From Deltaproteobacteria bacterium (GTDB lineage: Bacteria; Myxococcota_A; Polyangia; Polyangiales; Houyiibacteriaceae): 64,000 nucleotides of DNA. Made by a program: the position numbers and the translations under genes. The DNA lies in contig JAXMNT010000015.1 of NCBI GenBank assembly GCA_034670305.1, positions 84,417-148,416 of the forward strand. Direction: 5' to 3'. The notes beneath the pieces are model-generated. The model searched no databases and had not been told where the DNA came from. It was given only the letters and a program-made list of their open reading frames with translations. This document shows positions 22,586-32,012 of this stretch, one piece after another. Each line of letters opens with the position of its first letter. Position 1 is the stretch's first letter.

Positions 22586-25500
22586 ATGAATCGAATGATC
22601 GCGCGCAGCGCGTGGGTGTTGGTGTTGGGGACGGCGTGCGGCACGCCCACCACAGGAGGTGGCGGCACGACGGTCGCAGAGACCCCAGCTGGAGAAGCCC
22701 CGACCGGCGTCCTCATGGAACAGGACGGCGCGCTCGCTGCGGACGACATGCAGGTCGGCCAAGCGTTCTCGGACCACTACGAGCTCGCCGTGCGCGCGGG
22801 CGACTCCATCATCGTCGATCTGACCTCCAGCGCGTTCGACCCAGTGCTCGAAGTCACGCCGCCGGGACAGGGCGCACTCGTCAACGACGACTTCGAAGGG
22901 GACCGGGCGCGGTCTCGGGTGAACACCGTCGTGTCGGCCGACGGAGTCCTGAAGATCCGCGTCACGAGCTACGGACAGGGTGCCACCGGCGACTACCACA
23001 TCCGGGTGGCGTCGGCGGACGTGCCGGTGACGACGAACGTCGCGGCAGCGCCCTCCACCCGCGCCGTCATCACGCCGGTCCTTTCGGCCGGCAGCCCGTT
23101 GCGGGGCGCGCTCGACGCAAGCGACCCCCGACAGGAGGACGGTCGCCCGTTCGAAGTCATCGTCGTGCACGTCGAAGCCGGCCGTGCCCAGACCCTCTCG
23201 ATCGAAGGCGTCCCCGAAGCGCTCGTCGTCGACCCCCAGGGCCGGTACCTGCGGGTGACGGGCGGCACGGTGCAACTCGCGCAGACGGGTACGTATCGGG
23301 TCCAGCTCGTCGGTGCTGCCGGCGAGTCCACCCCGTACGCGGTCTCGCTCGGCAACGCGGCTGCGCCTGCCGCCGAGACCCACAACAACCCATCGCTGGC
23401 ACGCGACCACCACCAGGCGCCAGCCGGCGGCAACTCGACCCCGATCCAGGTCGGCCAGCGCGTGACCGGCGCGATCGCCGCGAGCGACCCCTCGCTCCCG
23501 AGCGGCGAGTCGGCCGACGTGTACACCTTCACCGGGCAACCCGGACACGAGGTCTCGATCGAGATGGAGTCCACCGAGCTCGACTCCTACGTGATGGTCT
23601 TCGGGCCGCAGGGTGAGATGTGGGAGAACGACGACTCGGGCGGTGGGCTCAACGCCAGCGTCACCGTACCGGTCCCCTCCCAAGGCACGTACCGCGTGGT
23701 CGCGACCACCTACCGCGCGGGCATGACCGGCGCCTACGAGCTGAAGGTCTTCGCAGCGAGCCGGCAAGCGTCGGTCGCGCCGCGCCGCCAACCCCACCCG
23801 ACCCCGAGCGCCGCCACCCAAAGCGGCACCCTCGGAGAAGGCGATGGCCAGCTCCAAAGCGGTGAGTTCGTGGACCGCTTCGACGTGCAGCTGCAAGCCG
23901 GACAGCGGCTGGAACTCGCGCTCTCCTCCACCGAGTTCGACACCTACCTCATCGTGCGCGGACCCGACGGAACCCAGCAACAGAACGACGACATCCAGAG
24001 CGGCAACACCAACTCCGCCTTGAGCTACGCGGTGCAACAGAGCGGCCTGCACCAGGTGCTGGTGACGAGCTACCGGCCGGGCGAGACGGGCGCGTACACG
24101 CTGCAAGCGACGGGCGCCGCGCTCGTCGCCGCTGGCGCACCCGCGGCGAACCCGGCGAACCCGGGCACGAACCCCGGCACGAACCCGCCCGCCGCCACGC
24201 CCGGGCTCGATCGCCGCACGGGCGCGCTCGCGCAAGGCGACAGCCAGCTCGACAGCGGTGAGTTCTCGGACCGCCACGAGATCACGTTGCCGCCGCACGC
24301 GAGCGTCCGCATCCAGTTGCAAAGCCGCGAGTTCGACACCTACCTCATCGTGCGGGATCCGTCCGGGCACGCGCAGGACAACGACGACGTCACCCCCGGC
24401 AACACGGACTCGGCCCTCGATGTCCGGACCACCGCCGGCGGCGCGTACACGGTGGTCGTCACGAGCTACCGGCCGGGCGAGACCGGCAACTACGAGCTCT
24501 TGGTCCAGGGCGGCGGCGCACCAGCGGTCGCACCCACTCCGACCCCGACACCGCGCCCGGGCACCCGCCCGCCGGCCGTCGCGGCCGGCACCATCCGCGG
24601 TGCGCTCGCACGCGGCGACGGGACACTGCCGAACGGCGAGTTCGTGGACGAGCACACGATCCGACTGACCCAAGGACAGCCTGCCCAGGTCCGCGTGGAG
24701 AGCGACAACTTCGACACGTACCTCATCGTGCGCACACCGAGCGGCCGGCAGCTCGAGAACGACGACATCGCACCTGGCGTCCTGCACAGCGGTGTCGACA
24801 TTCCGAGCGCCGAAGCCGGCGAGTACACGGTGCTGGTGACCAGCTACCGCGCCGGCGAGACCGGACGCTACACACTGCGCTCGGGCCAGAACCTCGGACC
24901 GGCCGTGCAAGCGGCGCCCTCCCCCGGCGGCACGCCGACCGGCGGCGGCGGCAACTTCTACGGCATCTTCACTGGCATCAGCGACTACCCGGGCAACGGC
25001 AACGACCTGCCCGAATGCGCGAACGACGCGATCAAACTCGCGGAGTCGCTGCGCGAGAGCGGACTGATGCCCGCCGCCAACCAGATCGTGCTGACCGATG
25101 CCCAAGTCACCGTCGCGGGTGTGCAACAAGCATTCGAGCGCATGGGCCAGCAGGTCCAGCCCAACGACACCTTCATGTTCTTCTACAGCGGCCACGGCAG
25201 CCAACGCGGCCAGTCGCAGGACGAACGCGAGCTCGACGGCATCGACGAGACGGTCGTGTTCTACGACGGCCAGGTCGTCGACGACACGATGGGCGAGTGG
25301 TTCAACGCCATCCAGGGCCTTGGCGTGCTCGCGCTCGACGCATGTTTCAGCGGTGGCTTCGCGAAGGACGTCATCACCCAGCCCGGCCGCATGGGGCTGT
25401 TCTCGAGCGAAGAAGACGTGCTCTCGAGCGTGGCTGGCCAGTTCCAGGCCGGCGGCTACCTCAGCCACTTCTTGCGGACGGGCATCTCGGGCGAAGCGGA

Positions 25501-25669
25501 CAACGCGCCGCACGACCGAGTGCTCACCGCAGGCGAGCTGAGCCACTACCTGTTCAACCAGTTCGGCACCCACGTGCGCGACGTGCAGCTCAATGGCGCG
25601 TGGCAGCACCTGGTGGTCGACCGCGGCGCGGTGCGCAGCGACATGACGCTTCTCTCCTACGCCCGCTGA
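22586..25669 (+). CDS. Lipoprotein with six PPC-like beta-sandwich repeats and a C-terminal caspase-like (peptidase C14) domain
   Basis: LGTAC lipobox; repeats G.L..GD..L.SGEF.D...FDTYLIVR.P.G...NDD...VTSYR.GETG.Y; GISDYPG, FFYSGHG and LDACFSG His/Cys dyad. Confidence 0.88.
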   Translation: MNRMIARSAWVLVLGTACGTPTTGGGGTTVAETPAGEAPTGVLMEQDGALAADDMQVGQAFSDHYELAVRAGDSIIVDLTSSAFDPVLEVTPPGQGALVNDDFEGDRARSRVNTVVSADGVLKIRVTSYGQGATGDYHIRVASADVPVTTNVAAAPSTRAVITPVLSAGSPLRGALDASDPRQEDGRPFEVIVVHVEAGRAQTLSIEGVPEALVVDPQGRYLRVTGGTVQLAQTGTYRVQLVGAAGESTPYAVSLGNAAAPAAETHNNPSLARDHHQAPAGGNSTPIQVGQRVTGAIAASDPSLPSGESADVYTFTGQPGHEVSIEMESTELDSYVMVFGPQGEMWENDDSGGGLNASVTVPVPSQGTYRVVATTYRAGMTGAYELKVFAASRQASVAPRRQPHPTPSAATQSGTLGEGDGQLQSGEFVDRFDVQLQAGQRLELALSSTEFDTYLIVRGPDGTQQQNDDIQSGNTNSALSYAVQQSGLHQVLVTSYRPGETGAYTLQATGAALVAAGAPAANPANPGTNPGTNPPAATPGLDRRTGALAQGDSQLDSGEFSDRHEITLPPHASVRIQLQSREFDTYLIVRDPSGHAQDNDDVTPGNTDSALDVRTTAGGAYTVVVTSYRPGETGNYELLVQGGGAPAVAPTPTPTPRPGTRPPAVAAGTIRGALARGDGTLPNGEFVDEHTIRLTQGQPAQVRVESDNFDTYLIVRTPSGRQLENDDIAPGVLHSGVDIPSAEAGEYTVLVTSYRAGETGRYTLRSGQNLGPAVQAAPSPGGTPTGGGGNFYGIFTGISDYPGNGNDLPECANDAIKLAESLRESGLMPAANQIVLTDAQVTVAGVQQAFERMGQQVQPNDTFMFFYSGHGSQRGQSQDERELDGIDETVVFYDGQVVDDTMGEWFNAIQGLGVLALDACFSGGFAKDVITQPGRMGLFSSEEDVLSSVAGQFQAGGYLSHFLRTGISGEADNAPHDRVLTAGELSHYLFNQFGTHVRDVQLNGAWQHLVVDRGAVRSDMTLLSYAR

Positions 25670-25690
25670 CACCGGCCTCAGGGCCCATGA

Positions 25691-25731
25691 GAAGAACGCG
25701 CGCTCCACTCTCGGAGCGCGCGTTTCTTTTG
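25691..25731 (+). terminator. Intrinsic terminator
   Basis: AACGCGCGCTCC-ACTCTC-GGAGCGCGCGTT followed by TCTTTT. Confidence 0.8.
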
Positions 25732-25758
25732 TCCGTCGCACGGAGGTATCTTGCCTCC

Positions 25759-25986
25759 ATGGGACGGATGGCAGGTGTGATCGCGCTGTTGTTCGCTGCG
25801 TGCGGAAACGTTCACACCCCCGTGGGTGGCGACGGTGGAGGCCACTGCACGGAGGATGCGCCATGCGACGACGGCCTGTACTGCAACGGTCGCGAACAAT
25901 GCGACATGGGTGTGTGCGCGTCAGGAGCCGCTCCATGCCGCGCCGAACGCTGTGACGAGGCCAGCGACACATGCAGTCCCCTCTGA
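25759..25986 (+). CDS. Small Cys-rich lipoprotein (75 aa) or N-terminal remnant
   Basis: LFAAC lipobox; CDDGLYCNGREQC resembles [13 protein letters not shown] in the 10575-13097 protein. Confidence 0.6.
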   Translation: MGRMAGVIALLFAACGNVHTPVGGDGGGHCTEDAPCDDGLYCNGREQCDMGVCASGAAPCRAERCDEASDTCSPL

Positions 25987-26008
25987 CCCTGGTTGACCAG
26001 CCGCGACC

Positions 26009-26383
26009 TCAGTTGGCCGATAGGATCCGGTGCACGCCTTGGGTGCTGTGGTTCAAGAGCGCGTCGCGCGCGACGTTCCCACCGAGCGCGACCAAGAACA
26101 GATCTTGTCCGTGCAGGTGGATCGGGCGGACCGCGACCTCGCCTCCGCGCAAGAGCGGGGGCAGCGGCATGCCGAGCGGGGCGCGCGCCATGAGCGGTCC
26201 GATCGCCGCGAGCTCTTCGCACACGCCCGACTCGCCCGCGCTCGACACCAGGATCCCGCCGTCGTCGGCGAGCACCAGCGCTTCCAGCCGACCCCGATCC
26301 CGGGCGGCCTCGAGCTGATAGCGGAGCGCTTCGTGCCGGGCGCTGCTGCGTCTGCCGCGGCGTTCTTCTCGTAGCCAGTTCAT
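26009..26383 (-). CDS. Roadblock/LC7 (MglB-like) domain protein
   Basis: 124 aa; LEALVLADDGGILVSSAG...EELAA pattern. Confidence 0.6.
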   Translation of the reverse strand: MNWLREERRGRRSSARHEALRYQLEAARDRGRLEALVLADDGGILVSSAGESGVCEELAAIGPLMARAPLGMPLPPLLRGGEVAVRPIHLHGQDLFLVALGGNVARDALLNHSTQGVHRILSAN

Positions 26384-26466
26384 CTGTTCGCGTCTCCGAT
26401 TCGGCCCAGACCATGGGGTAAGGACATGTGGTTCTATGTAGGACAACAGCCTACCAACCCCCCTGT

Positions 26467-26550
26467 CCGGATCTCCAGAAACCGACCGGATCTCCAGAAA
26501 CCGACTGGACCGACTGGATCTCCAGAACCGACCGGATCTCCAGAACCGAC
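26467..26550. repeat. Four 18-19 bp direct repeats (C/T)GGATCTCCAGAA(A)CCGA
   Basis: Directly visible in a divergent intergenic region. Confidence 0.9.
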
Positions 26551-26731
26551 GCAGCGCAGCGAGGTGGGGCGCAGCCCAAAGGAAACGGACATCTCTCGCT
26601 TCCCGACCACGCCCACTGAACCAAGACCCTGTGACATGGACCCCACCGCGCTGGCCGAGCATCCAGTGGAAGCCCGCGCACCCGATCCGGCGAGTGACAG
26701 GGACGGCTCCCTGCGCTATGCGGGCCACCGC

Positions 26732-27874
26732 ATGTCGCTCTCCGAGGTCCTTTCATCCCATCGTGTCGTCGTCGCGGTGGGAAGCGGAGGGGTGGGCAAG
26801 ACCACCACCGCCGCCGCCCTCGCGATGTACGCCGCGATGCAGGGCAAGAAGGTCCTCTGCCTGACCATCGATCCGGCCCGGCGACTCGCCAACAGCCTCG
26901 GACTCGACGCGATGACCGAGGACGAACAAGAGGTCTCCGCAGAGATCTTCGCGAAGCATGGCCTCGAGCTGAAGGGCTCGCTCTCGGCGATGATGCTCGA
27001 TACCAAACGCACCTTCGACGATCTGGTGACCGAACACGCCTCGAGCGAAGAAGTGCGCGACCGGATCCTGCAGAACCGGATCTACAAGTACGTCGCAGGC
27101 AGCCTGGCTGGCACCCAAGAGTACATGGCGATGGAGAAGCTCCACTCGGTCCGCAAGGACGCCGACTGGGATCTCATCGTGCTCGACACGCCGCCCACTT
27201 CCAACGCGCTCGATTTCTTGGACGCGCCCGAGCGGCTGGTCGCGGCGATCGACTCGCCCGCGATCCGCTGGTTCGTCCAGGCCTTCGAAGGCGCCGGCAA
27301 GTTCTCGTTCTCGATGATCGGCAAAGGCGCGGCGTTTCTCTTGCGCGGCTTGAGCAAGTTCACCGGCGCTGGGTTCCTCGAGCAGGTTGCCGAGTTCGTG
27401 ACCGGCATCAACGATCTCTTTGGCGGGTTCCGCAAGCGCGCGGCGGAGGTCTCGGGCGCGCTGCGAAGCCCCGAGGTCGCCTTCGTCGTCGTGACGAGCC
27501 CGGCCCCGCTCGCGATCCGTGAAGCGATGTACTTCAGCGACCGCCTGGCGGAAGCCGGCATGCAACGCGACGGAATCGTGGTGAACGGCGTGCACCACCT
27601 GCTGTCCGAACCGTCCGAGTCGACCGCGGTATTGACCGAAGCGCTCTCTGCCGCGGCACCCAGCCTCGACGCGCCCAAGACCCTTGAGCTCCTGCGCCGT
27701 GCGCTCGAAGACGAGCGGCTTCAGGGGGTCGCGGACCGGATCGAAGTCGAACGTCTGAAGAGCCGGGTCGGCGACGACGTGTTGCTCGTCGAAGTGCCCG
27801 AACTCGAGCGCGACGTGCACGACCTCGGCATGCTCGCGATCATCGCGAAGCACCTGATGGCCGAGACCGCCTGA
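26732..27874 (+). CDS. ArsA/GET3-family ATPase
   Basis: GSGGVGKTT, TIDPARRLANSLG, GTQEYMAME, LDTPP. Confidence 0.9.
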   Translation: MSLSEVLSSHRVVVAVGSGGVGKTTTAAALAMYAAMQGKKVLCLTIDPARRLANSLGLDAMTEDEQEVSAEIFAKHGLELKGSLSAMMLDTKRTFDDLVTEHASSEEVRDRILQNRIYKYVAGSLAGTQEYMAMEKLHSVRKDADWDLIVLDTPPTSNALDFLDAPERLVAAIDSPAIRWFVQAFEGAGKFSFSMIGKGAAFLLRGLSKFTGAGFLEQVAEFVTGINDLFGGFRKRAAEVSGALRSPEVAFVVVTSPAPLAIREAMYFSDRLAEAGMQRDGIVVNGVHHLLSEPSESTAVLTEALSAAAPSLDAPKTLELLRRALEDERLQGVADRIEVERLKSRVGDDVLLVEVPELERDVHDLGMLAIIAKHLMAETA

Positions 27875-27919
27875 GCCGGTTCGCTCGACCGGGCGCCGCG
27901 CCGGTGTAGGCTCCGGCGC

Positions 27920-29332
27920 ATGTCGACGAAGTCCCGTTTCGTGGGTGTCGTGCTCGCCGCTGGCGAGGGCACCCGAATGAAGAGCAGCCGGCCCAAGGTC
28001 CTGCACGAGATCGCGGGCCGGCCGATGGTGGCGTGGGTCGTCGGGGCGGCGCTCGATGCCGGCGCGGAGCGGTGTGTGGTCGTCGTCGGCCACAAACGCG
28101 ACGAAGTCATGGCTGCGCTGACCGAACGGTTCGGGGAGCGGGTGCAGTTCGCGGTTCAGGAAGAGCAGCGCGGCACCGGGCACGCCGTCCAGCATGCGAT
28201 GTCGCAGTGCCTCTCCGACTACGACGGGAGCGTGCTGATCCTCTACGGCGACTGTCCGTGTCTGCGCGCGGACCGGCTGCAGGAGCTCGCCGCGCTGACC
28301 GCCAACCACACCTTTGCGCTTGTGACCTCGCACCTGGACGAGCCGCGCGGGTACGGACGCATCTTGCGGACCGCCGGCGCGGTGGTGGGCATTCGCGAGG
28401 ACAAGGACTGCGACGCGGCCCAGCGTGCGATTCAAGAGGTGAACCCCGGTCTCTACGCGGCCGACGCCGCGTTTCTTCGCACGAGCCTCGGGCAGCTCAC
28501 CACCGACAACGCCCAGGGCGAACTCTACCTGACCGACGTATGCGCGATCGCCGCGCAGGCCGGCGTGGTCGGCGACCTGCACGCGCCGATGGAAGAGCTG
28601 CGCGGCGTCAACGACCGCTGGGAACTCTCGCTCTGCGCCAAGACGCTGCGCGCGCGAAGCCTCGAGGCGCTCGCGCGCAGCGGCGTGGGCATGGCCGATC
28701 CTTCGGCCGTCTACATCGACGCCGACTGCGAGGTCGAACCGGACGTCACGATCGCACCCGGCGTGCACCTGCGCGGGCGCTGTGTGATCCGGCGCGGCGC
28801 GGTGCTCGAGGTGGGGTGCGTGCTCACGGACGTCGTCGTGGAGTCCGGCGCGACGCTGCTGCCGTACACGGTCGCGTCGGACAGCACCATCGGCCCGTTG
28901 GCGAACGTCGGTCCGTTCAGCCACCTGCGGCCGAAAACGGTGCTGCACGAGGGGGCCAAGGTCGGCAACTTCTGCGAGACGAAGAAGACGATCGTGGGCA
29001 AAGGCTCGAAGGTGAACCACCTCTCCTACGTCGGCGACGGAGTGCTCGGCGAAGGCGTGAACATCGGCGCCGGCACCATCTTCTGCAACTACGACGGAGT
29101 CCAAAAACACACGACCACACTCAAAGACGGAGTGTTCATCGGCAGCGACAGCCAACTCGTCGCGCCACTCACCATCGGCGAAGGCGCCTACGTCGCGAGC
29201 GGATCGACCGTGACCAAAGACGTGCCCGCCGACGCGCTCGCGATGAGCCGCACCAAACAGGTCAACAAAGAAGGCTACGCGAGCCGGCTGCGCGCACGCA
29301 TGAAGGTCGCGAAGAAGAGCCCTACCAAGTGA
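27920..29332 (+). CDS. glmU: Bifunctional UDP-GlcNAc pyrophosphorylase/glucosamine-1-phosphate acetyltransferase
   Basis: LAAGEGTRMKS..PKVLH, GTGHAV, GELYLTD, hexapeptide region, NIGAGTIFCNYDG. Confidence 0.96.
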   Translation: MSTKSRFVGVVLAAGEGTRMKSSRPKVLHEIAGRPMVAWVVGAALDAGAERCVVVVGHKRDEVMAALTERFGERVQFAVQEEQRGTGHAVQHAMSQCLSDYDGSVLILYGDCPCLRADRLQELAALTANHTFALVTSHLDEPRGYGRILRTAGAVVGIREDKDCDAAQRAIQEVNPGLYAADAAFLRTSLGQLTTDNAQGELYLTDVCAIAAQAGVVGDLHAPMEELRGVNDRWELSLCAKTLRARSLEALARSGVGMADPSAVYIDADCEVEPDVTIAPGVHLRGRCVIRRGAVLEVGCVLTDVVVESGATLLPYTVASDSTIGPLANVGPFSHLRPKTVLHEGAKVGNFCETKKTIVGKGSKVNHLSYVGDGVLGEGVNIGAGTIFCNYDGVQKHTTTLKDGVFIGSDSQLVAPLTIGEGAYVASGSTVTKDVPADALAMSRTKQVNKEGYASRLRARMKVAKKSPTK

Positions 29333-30161
29333 CTCGGAGTCCGGTCCCGGTGGACCGGACCACGGGTCCCTCGGGTGCTGGGGGCGCAGGCGATGCGTCT
29401 GCCGGCGGCTCGGTGCTCGGCACGACCTGATCGGCCGGCGCGCCCTCCCCAGTCGACGAAGCCGGTCTCGCCTCGGACTGCGAGTTCGCTTCCGGCGCCA
29501 CGTACAGGTCGTTGGCCATGCCAGCGCCACACGCCATCTGACGGATCACATCCCAGTCCCAGCGCGCCTGCTGCGGCAACGTCCAGATCCGGAACTCGCT
29601 GAGCAGGATGCCGCCGAGCGCGAGCTGCAAGACCTGCGGTGGATCCTTGAAGCGCACCGAGAAGTACGGCGTCCAGAAACTCGTCCAGAGCAGCGGAGTC
29701 ACGTTTGCCATGAACCCGCGCCCAAGCGTCTGCCGGCCGGCCGCACGCTCGAGCAATCGGAGTCCGTAGCGGAGCTTCTCACGGCGGTCTTCTGGAGTGG
29801 CGGCCGGGTGTCGCCGAAACCGCTGCGGCGCAAACGCGGCCTCCTGCGGGATCAGCGTCACCTGGAGGAAGGACAGCCAAGCGCCCACCGTGCCGGTGAC
29901 TGCGGGGAACCGCGACGGCACATCGTCGGCGGTGACCGCCAGCACCGTCTGGTACGCAGCGATCGCGCCCCACAACACCATCTGTCCGTACCACCACAAC
30001 CGGGCGCGGGTCTTGCCGGCCTGGAAACGATTGTCGAGCCAGCGGTTCTGCGCCTCGACCTCCGCGTCGCTGAGCGTGTCGATGCACTCCGAAGGATGCT
30101 GCGCCGAGACCGATGCGGCCGTCGCGCTGCAGAGTACGAACACCAACGTCCATCGAGCCAT
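29322..30161 (-). CDS. Hypothetical membrane protein
   Basis: Signal peptide, hydrophobic segments, coding-like composition. Confidence 0.65.
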   Translation of the reverse strand: MARWTLVFVLCSATAASVSAQHPSECIDTLSDAEVEAQNRWLDNRFQAGKTRARLWWYGQMVLWGAIAAYQTVLAVTADDVPSRFPAVTGTVGAWLSFLQVTLIPQEAAFAPQRFRRHPAATPEDRREKLRYGLRLLERAAGRQTLGRGFMANVTPLLWTSFWTPYFSVRFKDPPQVLQLALGGILLSEFRIWTLPQQARWDWDVIRQMACGAGMANDLYVAPEANSQSEARPASSTGEGAPADQVVPSTEPPADASPAPPAPEGPVVRSTGTGLRVTW

Positions 30162-30284
30162 CGTGGTCGTCCCACGCGGTGCCATCTTGGAAGACACCAT
30201 GCTCGCTGGAGTCACGGCCGTTCGGGTCGAGCGCACGCCGAGACCATACCCGGTGGGCCGCTGGCTCGGGGACCGAAACCGAAC

Positions 30285-32012
30285 TCAGCGTGCTTGCGCA
30301 GGGAAGAAACGTTCGTCGCCGGGCGACCGAACGACCAGCCGGTACTCGCCCACCGCGAGATCCGAGGGCACACCCACGCTCGCATGAAAGCGGCCGTCGG
30401 CACCGGTGGCGGTCACACCGAGCAAACGCTCTTCCGCGCCACGCAGCAGGATCTCCAGGCGCAGTCGTGCCGCGCCCGCTCCGTCGGGGTCGGTCGCGCG
30501 GCCGGTCACCGAGAGACTGCGTCCCCGGAAGACTTCGAACGCGCGGCCGTCGAGCTGCAGTCGCAGCGGGCGCGCGCGACTGACCGGTGTGAGGTTCTGC
30601 GCGTTCGTGGCCGCCGTCGGCGCCACCGGTTCGGCGGTACCCGGTTCACCCGGCTCGCCTGGTTCTCCAGGCTCGCCCGGCTGCCCAGGCTCGCCGGGTT
30701 CGCCGGGTTCGCCGGGTTCGCCACCCGCTTGGCTCGGGTCGCGGGAGAACCGGTCTGGGCCTTCTTCGTCGCGAAGCCCGCGCACGTCGCCGGCCAGCTG
30801 CGAGTAGCTCTGCCGGTAACTCCCAGGCTGCGGCAACGGATCGGCATTTCTCGCGTGGTGGACCGGACGGTCGGAGGCGCCGTGGGCTTCGAGTGCGTTG
30901 GCCGCGCCACCGAGGTCGATGCGCATCCACCCGAAGTCGGAGCTCCCTCGGGGCAACTTCACTTCCACCCACGCATGCGCCTCGTTCTGGACGAACCGCG
31001 CGTGGATGCCGAGCGCCTGCGCCGTGACGACGAAGCCGTACGCGCGGTGGCGGCAGACGCCTCGGCGGCCGCGCGAGAGATCGAGGTAGATGTTGCCGGT
31101 CGAAGGGGGCGGCTCGCGCGACTCGACGAACGACCGAAAATGATCGGAGAGCACTTCGAGCGCACGATTCATGGAGCCACCTGGCTCCAGTCCGAGTTCG
31201 GCCGCGAACATCAGCGCATCGCGGCGCGTGAGCTCGTCGAGCGGGAGGAGGTCCGACGCGAACACATTGGCTGGGGTCTGAGGCAACACGCGCCACCCGA
31301 AGTAGTCGGAGGGCGCGTCCATCAGGTACACGACGCGGACCTCTCCCCGCGTCCCCGCCGGCGCGACCGCGGCGAACGTATCGACTCCGTCCCGCTCGAT
31401 GCGCAGCGCCACCTGCGGTTCGGTTCGCACACTCAAGAAGCGCGACTCGGGCGAGACCGACGGAAGCGGGACCCGCGTGCCGGTGTCGAAGTCGAGCACG
31501 ACGCTCCCCCAGAACTGCTCGCGGGCGCGGCCGTCGTCCCGTGGATCGCCAACCGACACCTCGACCGAGCGCGGGTCCCGGACACCGAGCACCGGCACGC
31601 CGCCCGCCGACACCACCGAGTCCATCGCGCCCACCCGCTTGAACGGCGCGATGGTGGGGTTGAACACGGTGAAGTAGCCGAGCGTGCCTTCGAGCGCAGT
31701 GACCCGGTCCGGGCGAAAACTCGGCGAGCGCTGCCCTGGGTTCTCGCGTCCTTGCCCGTCGCCAGGCCGGGCCGTCATCGCGTGTTCGTCCGCCTGGCGT
31801 TCGCCCCCTTCCGGCCGCCGCAGCACTTCGCCCTGATGCACGATGGCCGCCGGCTCCCCGTCTTCGCCGCGCACCGTGAGGCCGGGCAGATCCGCGTCCG
31901 AGGCCTCCGGCAGAAACTCGTGGAGAATCGGCTCGTCGTCCGCGCGCACGTCCGCGCGCAGGAGCAGCAGCGCACCGAGCAGGAGCAGCGTGCGGCGGGC
32001 CCGGTGCATCAC
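30285..32012 (-). CDS. Secreted transglutaminase-like domain protein with a (GEP)n linker
   Basis: GVCRHRA...AHAWVEV...WMRIDL Cys-His-Asp triad. Confidence 0.85.
   Translation of the reverse strand: MMHRARRTLLLLGALLLLRADVRADDEPILHEFLPEASDADLPGLTVRGEDGEPAAIVHQGEVLRRPEGGERQADEHAMTARPGDGQGRENPGQRSPSFRPDRVTALEGTLGYFTVFNPTIAPFKRVGAMDSVVSAGGVPVLGVRDPRSVEVSVGDPRDDGRAREQFWGSVVLDFDTGTRVPLPSVSPESRFLSVRTEPQVALRIERDGVDTFAAVAPAGTRGEVRVVYLMDAPSDYFGWRVLPQTPANVFASDLLPLDELTRRDALMFAAELGLEPGGSMNRALEVLSDHFRSFVESREPPPSTGNIYLDLSRGRRGVCRHRAYGFVVTAQALGIHARFVQNEAHAWVEVKLPRGSSDFGWMRIDLGGAANALEAHGASDRPVHHARNADPLPQPGSYRQSYSQLAGDVRGLRDEEGPDRFSRDPSQAGGEPGEPGEPGEPGQPGEPGEPGEPGEPGTAEPVAPTAATNAQNLTPVSRARPLRLQLDGRAFEVFRGRSLSVTGRATDPDGAGAARLRLEILLRGAEERLLGVTATGADGRFHASVGVPSDLAVGEYRLVVRSPGDERFFPAQAR

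Noticed and set aside
21947-25972. Very long antisense or alternate-frame ORFs (e.g. 1341 aa here; also 7880-10366, 56564-60007, 26753-29530)
   Set aside because: Shadows of real genes in high-GC DNA, with no recognisable motifs
26467-26550. Possible CRISPR array (also 42432-42583)
   Set aside because: No unique spacers and no cas genes
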